The notes under the pieces: model-generated
What the model was told of the DNA's origin: nothing
Database searches by the model: none
What the model saw: the letters and a program-made list of their open reading frames with translations, nothing else
Assembly (NCBI GenBank): GCA_951406725.2
Contig: OX597816.1
Location: 80,414,001 to 80,478,000 of the forward strand
DNA length: 64,000 nt
Direction: 5' to 3'
Origin: Octopus vulgaris
Lineage: Eukaryota
Position numbers and translations under genes: made by a program
Part shown: positions 55,924 through 64,000 of the stretch, one piece after another
How the letters are laid out: each line of letters opens with the position of its first letter
Position numbering within the stretch: the first letter of the stretch is position 1

Positions 55924-58814
55924 GGTGTGTGTGTGTGTGTGTATACATAAATATACATGCATATATAGACATATGCACGCACATGTATACATATATTCAC
56001 CCGTGAGCGTGCAGACACATATACTCATATATATAATTCTTGAGACTAGAACTAGTCTAATTTGTTGCAGTTTCACTGTCCTTATCCAAAAGATAGAGCT
56101 TTTTAAGAATCTCCCGTCGCCATCATGTTTTCGTAATGCTACAATCGTTTATTACAGCCAAATAAGTTTTTATACAATGTGAAGGCTGAATAGATATCCA
56201 CAGTTGATAAACGGAGCGTTTATTTTTCAATAATCAAACAACCTGGATCTTTATATTCTGTCAAAATTATTTATCATTTCAGAAATAACATATCACATAA
56301 TATGTTTTGATGAAGCATTGCCCTCTACTTTACAATTATAGTGCTGAATTTTACAATATTTCCTTGTTATTGCCGTACGATGCAATATTTTTCATAGGGA
56401 ATCTTAGAACAATACCAATTGAATGACTGTGTTGTATCGTACTAAACTAAGCTCACACGTCAAAGTAATATGTTATAGTGGTTCTGAATTTACCTAACAA
56501 ATTAGTAAAGAAATCGAAAGCAGAATTACTCTAATTAGTGATGACAGCTGAATCGTGTCACAAGTCTTATCATAAACGAGTATTTAGGGAGCATTATTAA
56601 CAATATTATGCATGAAATGTAATGAGTAATTTCTTATCTAAACAAAGTGCTGTAATGTTGGAGATAAACATTCTAGAAATTAAATCATCACAGATTATTT
56701 GCTCTATCTAGCAAATTTCCTTAGGAAGGCACGAACATTGCTGCTCTCGTTATCCATGAAACCAAAATAACTTTTAATCCTTACGTGATCACGAAAAGCC
56801 AAGGATTTTATTCTCTTCATAACAATAATGAAGTGGGATAAATATTCATTATGCATTATGTTTATCTATTTAGAAAATAAACAAAATAGACTGTTTTCTA
56901 TATCTGATCAGACAGAAAATATCTGAAAATATTTCCTGTCTTGATAGAGACTATTGCAATCTAATTATGTTTCACAATGTCAGGTCAGTGCTAAAATGAA
57001 ACAGCGCATAGAATAAAAATTTCTACTTGACGACAAAGTGAAGACATTGAATTCAAATTAGAAGCATCCTTCATTAGGATTTCTTGTCAGCAAATATCTC
57101 TCATCAGTTTTGAATCATACGCATAGTTAATATGATTATACTGCAATACAATTACAATGTTTCGATTGGAACATTTATTTATAGTCTTAAAGGTCTAATG
57201 TTACAAAATGTATGAGTTCCATTAAAAATAATAAGTAAATATATTTTTGTTTTAATGGAACTGGGCTATGGCAGGAATGTGAGGTATCATACAAATCAGG
57301 AATTTGAGCTATATGCTATTTTTTCAACGAATTACGTGTATACAATACTTTTTCCTGGTAGATAGTTATAACAAATCAACAGGAGTGAAAGAAAATTATC
57401 AAAACAATTTCAAAATATTTCTTGTCATTCTTTAAAAGTACTTTTTAATACATATATTGTTATATTTCGTACTCAACAGGAGACACGTGGGGTGGAGAGT
57501 TGCTGAAGAGGTCACAGGATGTGTGGCGAAACATTTTCAGACAAAGGGCATAAAATAAGAACAATAATAAACCAGTGAAGAAAGAATATCTTATATGTGT
57601 GTTTATTTGTGAAGAACTAGAAATGATCATCCCGAAATATAACAATATCTATTTCAACACGCGATTTCACATTCGGAATCTTGCAAAGCAAATAAATACA
57701 CGTAACTTTTTAATACAATTTTATTCATATTTGCAGTGGAGTTGGTGAATCCAAGTATATTGCTGAATGCTTCCCTTACTAATCCTAGATTTATGTAAGG
57801 TAAAGACTATTCTGAAAGAATTTTAAGACGGAAGAACGTTTTGAGAGCAAGTGAAATATTTTAAACACAACACAAATGTTCTAAACAAAGAAAGTCTTGT
57901 GACGGTAAAACATTCTAAAAATAACAGTTGAATAACCTTTAAATTGCATTGTACTATTATAAAATAGGATGAATGGTACACTAGGATATGCCTGAATATA
58001 ATGCATGATCCTAACAGAAGCATCTTTTCTATTATGTCTACTGAATGAAAACTAACCAAAGGCTAAACATCAACAGTAACCATTGAGATTTTAATTACAA
58101 ATTATTAAGAACGTAGCGATGTCTCTATCATTTATTAGTAATTCATAATTAGAAAGTGAAACGTAAGTCAGTCTGTTTCTATCTTTGGAGAATATAGAAA
58201 TTTATATTACTTATACAGCTTATAGCTGTTAGAAAACACGAAAATGCCAGCTTCATAATCTTCCTTTTACGAAACTTTAATATTAAATTCATCATAAACT
58301 TTGAAGTATTGGTTTGTCTGTCTTGTATTTTGGCTTCGTTAGAATTGATGTTCTGGGCAACAGTAAATTTTATATTTTATACTCAGTTTATGAGAATGAC
58401 ATCCAATTTAGATGTATAGCTTTAAACTACTACATATGTTGTTTTGTCCCTTGCATATCAATAGTCATGTGTCATTACATTATCGCAAGTTTACACGAAT
58501 ATGTAAGGGAGAACTACAACATGGAATCAAAACCAAAATGTATGCTATACATCCCTTTAAGATATGTACTGAAGATATTAACGGTTAAGAGTGATCCCTT
58601 CATATTCCATTAAAAAGTATATACAAAGAATTAATAATACAAAGAATAGATTGAAAACTAATATAACATATAAATTGTTGTACATGAAGTCTCTCAAGAC
58701 TTGTAGCGTACTTTTGTTATCTGTCCCATAGAAGTGAAGGTAAAAGAAGCTCGGCATGATGTGAATTCGGAGACTTTTGGGATGGAATCTATATTCTGTG
58801 TCTGAGTGCATATA

Positions 58815-59653
58815 TGTGGTTCTTGTGTCGTCTCTGTGGTGTTTCATGTTCTTGTCCATGTCTAATTATTTTTACTGTTTACCTATATAATCGGCGGCTA
58901 CGTATCCACAATTGTCCTTATATGATAAATATATTTTTTCTCTAACATTGATACGACTCTTAATCTGTCTCTTTCTCTCTCTCTCTCCTCCCTTATTCCC
59001 CTTCCTTTCTTTCCCTCTCCATCCGTCTTCCCCCTCCTTCTACGTTTCTCCATCTCTCTCACCTCCAGCCCCCTCGATCTGTCTCTTTCTTCTCCTCCCT
59101 CGTCCACCTTCTCTCTCTTTTCATCTGTCCCTTTCTCCTGTCTTTTGTTCTCACGTGACTGCTAGCCGCTGTTGAGCGCTCTTTTCGTTTCAGCAGTCGC
59201 AGAAGCAACACGTACTTGTTCGTCTCCCCGCGGCCATTAGGCACAACTTCACAAGCCAGCCCCATACTTAACTCGTCCTGTCGAAAGACCCTTGTCCTAC
59301 GTCCTGGTTTTGTTTTGTTGTTTATTTTTTATTTTTACCGTTATTGTTTTTACGTTTTTGTATTCATATTGGTGTCACGTATTCTGTATTTTTGTTCGTG
59401 TACTTCGTTCGTTTTCCGTCCTCGTGTTGTATACATTCGAAGCTTTCTTCCAGGGGATCTAATGCGCTTGGCTTAGATTTCCCTTGGCTGGCTGGCCATA
59501 TCGGAGCAATCTCAAGATTAATCAGCCGAAATTGCTAAGATGATCTGGTTCTTGACTGATGACTGAGGGCTTCGAATGTCCCGTCCTGTGGTTCTTGTGT
59601 CGTCTCTGTGGTGTTTCATGTTCTTGTCCATGTCTAATTATTTTTACTGTTTA

Positions 59654-59661
<8 letters not shown>
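58815..59661. mobile_element. Non-coding element with identical 75 bp direct terminal repeats, ending in (TA)n
   Basis: 58815-58889 is identical to 59587-59661. Confidence 0.75.
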
Positions 59662-59744
<83 letters not shown>

Positions 59745-59811
59745 GTACATTTAATCATGTTAAACCGTTAATTCCGGCACGTTTTTTCTCCCCCACCCAT
59801 TTTTCTCCGTC

Positions 59812-59855
59812 ATCCCTTTCTGTCGATTAGCGTAGGCTCGAAACGTCAATGACTT
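59812..59855 (+). ncRNA. Degenerate minimal hammerhead-like motif
   Basis: CUGUCGA-UU-AGC-GUAG-GCU-C-GAAAC-GUC; A6 substituted and stem I poor. Confidence 0.3.
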
Positions 59856-60099
59856 TTCAATTTTTCATGAGCGTCAAGCTAACAGACCTGCAAACATGCA
59901 AGGCTTTTTACACAAATATGCAAGGCTTTTTTCTTCAAGTTTAAAATGAGGCATTACTGGCATAATTTCGTTATATCTATATTCCACAACACATAAATAC
60001 ATTAAAACAGAATATGCACACACACACACATAGACAAGAACAAGTGAACAAGCACACACGCACGTACAGCCCATTAGCTTTCTTCTCCTTCTCCTCCCA

Positions 60100-62245
60100 T
60101 TTCGTGAACTGGATTTTGTCGAGTCATATCGAAAGAATACCATACTGTCCTATCCACTGAATATGGCCAATAATATTCTAAAACGCCACAGATCGTTTCA
60201 TACTTTACACACACACAGATGGTAAAGCTAGAAGCCATTGTCAATGGACGTAGCATACCAACTAACCTAATGCCAACAAGTCAGGGTCACTTCAAACAAA
60301 CAACATCCTCATTGATATAGCTATCTGACCTAATTCCAACCTACAGGACTCACAAGCCAGGACTCACAATCGCACCAACAACAGCCTGCTACTGATACTA
60401 CATTGGAAGCACTTGTTTGGCACCACTACTTGTCCTGATTCCACCCAGCCCTACTGTTGCAAGTCAAGTTTCACTGCCACTACGGCAACAACAACAACAA
60501 AAACCTGCTACTGCTGCTACAATAGGACCACTAACCAATGAACCTGCCAATATAGAAAAACCACTACTATGCCCACGTCAAAAACCCTGTCGTTATCATT
60601 CTAAAGGCAACTGAAGATTTGGCCCCAGCGGCACCAACAACAAGGGACGCTGTACTTTTTTCCATGTTACCTTATGCCGTAGACTTGTTAAGGGCACCTG
60701 TTCATATGGTATAATGAGAAAAACTGCCCTCACCTCCACCCCAAATACTGTCCTAAATATAAAGTCCATGGCCCTGGTCCTAAATATGGATGCACAAAAG
60801 GCAATGGATGCACCTTCTTCCATCCTAAACTGTGCCAAACTTCTGTGTCACTAAAGATGTGCTTGAACCCAGAATTCAACCACCACCATCTGAAGGGCAT
60901 AAAACGATCGAAAAATAAATATAAACAGCAACAGAGGAGACCTGTGACAACAACAAAACAAAATACAGCCATATTTCACCTCCTACAAACCGAACAACGA
61001 AGACAGAACTATGGAAAAGCCATAACACCAAATAACATAAACATGAACTATGTATCATCTGACCAAGTATCAAACCAAAGAGGCAACTCTTTTTTACTAA
61101 CTTATCTAGAAAATATGAAGGCCGACCTAAGCCAGGAGATCCCACGAGCTATCAGCAACCATTCAAGTAAAACACAAGGAACACCCCCACCACCAACTAG
61201 AAAATCACACACACACAGCTCCATACAAAAACTACCCTTATTGCTACCTCTGAACAACATAAAACATGACAGAGATATTAGAACAATGCAAATATCAAAC
61301 TACCCTTACCTCTACATTCCTGTTAATTGTACGTGAACCAACCCATCACTCACTCAAAAATGGAAGATCCCATACATAGAGAGTTGGCTTACCTAAACGG
61401 CACATTGCTTCCTTTTCTTTACCCTTACTGAAACTCACCTAAACAGCACACATATGAATGCCGAGGTAAAAATAATATAAATTTCACAATCATCCGTGCA
61501 GATCACACAGACCAAAATAAAGTGCGGACAGCCATCATTCTCCATGACTCCTTTTTAGTTGATGCCAAGGATATATTTTCCAATGGTCATTGTAAATATA
61601 TATCACTATTCAACAAGGCCAAATACATAATCATTGTTGGTCTTTACAGGCCTCCCGAAGCACATCTAAAGTGTTTTGAAGTGTGCCTCAACAAAATCAA
61701 GCCCTTTCCTCAAAAATACAACTCCGGAAACATACTAGTGATGGGTGATTTTAACCTCCCTCATATAAACTGGCTCACAAATACTCTGATGTTAGGCAAA
61801 TGCTCTACATCAGATAAAGCTGCAGAAGAATTACTCTTTAATCTAAGGGATAAATTCTTCCTGACTCAGCTCGTGCTCGAACCAACAAGACAGAATAAAA
61901 CGATCTTGGATCTAATATTAACCAACCACTCTAGCTCCTTTCACAGTATTTCAGTCGATAAAACTCTTCTCTCAGACCACGACATGATACTCTGCAATTT
62001 TAATTTCCGGCATATCAAAACCAAACCAGCCAATCCCACTCCACTGCACTTATTTGCCAACATGAACTACCACAAAGCGGACTGGGGAGTAATCAGAAAG
62101 GATCTGTCCTTCATCGACTGGTCCTTCACTCTCAGTTCCACTGACACTGAGATCGCATGGCAACACTTTGAGGACATTGTCACATATACATGCTCAAAAC
62201 ACGCTCCTACGAAATCCACTAACACAAACAGAAATCGGCTCCCTA
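60100..62245 (+). mobile_element. CR1-group LINE 5' portion: decayed ORF1 with tandem CCCH fingers plus ORF2 AP-endonuclease, 3'-truncated
   Basis: LTETHL, GLYRPP, MGDFNLPHINW, EPTR..LDLILTN, SDHDMI, NYHKADW; ORF1 Cys/His arrays at 60585-60895. Confidence 0.9.
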
Positions 62246-62269
62246 GTATATTCGAAGGTATATATATTG

Positions 62270-62384
62270 CTGTAAGTTCTCAGATTCACACACTTATTGC
62301 AGCTGTCCTACATCTTTTCTAAGCCCTCGGAAGGTTGAGCCTTTCTCGAGACCCTTAAAGCCAGGAACTTTTTAGCACCTTCTC
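62270..62384. mobile_element. Mariner-type terminal fragment truncating the LINE
   Basis: TTAAAGCCAGGAACTTTTTAGCACC resembles the inner part of a mariner TIR. Confidence 0.5.
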
Positions 62385-62412
62385 TCTCTCTCTCTCACAT
62401 ACACAAATATAT

Positions 62413-62453
<41 letters not shown>

Positions 62454-62479
62454 CATATATATATACATACATACATACA

Positions 62480-62512
<33 letters not shown>

Positions 62513-62535
62513 GCATGCATACATACATACATACA

Positions 62536-62569
<34 letters not shown>

Positions 62570-62582
62570 CATACATACATAT

Positions 62583-62635
<53 letters not shown>

Positions 62636-62638
62636 TAC
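62382..62638. repeat. (CT)n/(TA)n/(CATA)n microsatellite field
   Basis: Direct inspection. Confidence 0.95.
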
Positions 62639-63090
62639 CCATGTCCCACTTAGTTCAATCAGGTTTCGTCTCTTGCTGTCAGTCGTGCGTAAATCCCGCC
62701 ATTGCGTATTCATACGTGGGCCTGTGCAGACAGATGAGGGATAATGAGAGAAAAAGGAAACATCGGCTTGAAAGTGGTACTCCCTTATTTCATCTGTTAC
62801 ATATATTTCAGAATTCTTTTTCTTCTTTTTTTTTTTGTCTTTGTTTACGAAGTGCATCGATGAACGACGGATTGCATCTATAGTGTGACAGCAATGTGTT
62901 ACGGAATGCTGAAATGTGTGCAACAGATGAAATAAGAAACCACCAAATTGAAGCCCGTATTGTGTTATCTCTCATTTCATACATATATATTATATGTATA
63001 TGTTTGTGAGGTTACATATGTGTATGCATCTGTATATATATATATATACACATACATACATACATTCACATGTTTCTGAGAATATATGTG

Positions 63091-63192
<102 letters not shown>

Positions 63193-64000
63193 CGTATACA
63201 CACATATATTAGTCCAGTATTCTACTGTTTTTAATAAATGGCTGTTTTAATTGCAGTATAAATTATTTATATATGCAAAATAAAATTATAATCTCTCCAT
63301 TTTCCAATCTGATTGTGAATCTCATTATCATTGATGCTTTATATTGAAAGATATTTGTCAATATAATTTAATGAATAGAATAGCTTTTACAACAAAGCAA
63401 CCAAATGTGTATTGGTGATGTTTATTGATTAGGTTATCGATTATTTTACTGATAGGCAAGAATGAAATTGAAAGTGGATTCCTGGAGGTTCAGAGGAGGG
63501 ATTTGAACCTGTAGCATGAAGAATTGACGCTAAATATGCATAGAGATACGATTCAAAATTCTAGTGTTTTAGATCCCATACTCTTTCTTTTAAAAATGAA
63601 GTAAAGAGCTGGGAGACACGAAGAAATACCACTCTCTAAATGAATTAAATACGAGATCTAGTTTTTAATCGCAAATGCCACAGTTGCCTTTGGAAAAGAC
63701 ATGGCTACTACACAAACTAATTTTTATTCCCTAAAATTAATAGCCTACTGCATCTGAGAAACACTAGCCCTTGAATTTACACATTATGTCAGAGAAAAAC
63801 AATTTATTTCAAGAGATATCTAATTACGAGTGTTATATCATTTACGGGCCATTTACTTTGGCAGACATATTTTAGTTGATTGTCTTGTAAAATCCTGACC
63901 ATTATCATTGTAATATATTAATTATCATGACTGAACGCTGTCTATCCGCCAACAATAAAGTCGATCTAATTCGTTTATGGTGTTTTACTTTTTGTCTGTT

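Noticed and set aside
59490-59585. Hammerhead-like words (CTCAAGA..GAAA and CTGATGA..GAAT) in the direct-repeat element
   Set aside because: No stem II pairing and the cores are incomplete.

Overview
AT-rich, repeat-dominated eukaryotic DNA with no confidently intact protein-coding gene. The repeat complement resembles a coleoid cephalopod such as Octopus; this is an inference, not a database result. Most listed ORFs are translations of microsatellites. Recognisable content: many decayed R4/Dong-type non-LTR retrotransposon pieces (RT, CCHC, restriction-like endonuclease) at (TAA)n tracts; CR1-type LINE pieces, one with a tandem-CCCH ORF1; a Penelope-like RT/GIY-YIG relic; several tRNA-derived SINE families; a mariner-derived foldback; and a Helitron 3' end. 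The most striking observation is two unrelated non-coding palindromic elements (19032-19421 and about 50098-51550) that each carry a type I hammerhead ribozyme motif on both arms, oriented outward from the centre. The second also has back-to-back tRNA-like Pol III heads at its centre, making it a SINE-head/(AAT)n/hammerhead foldback.
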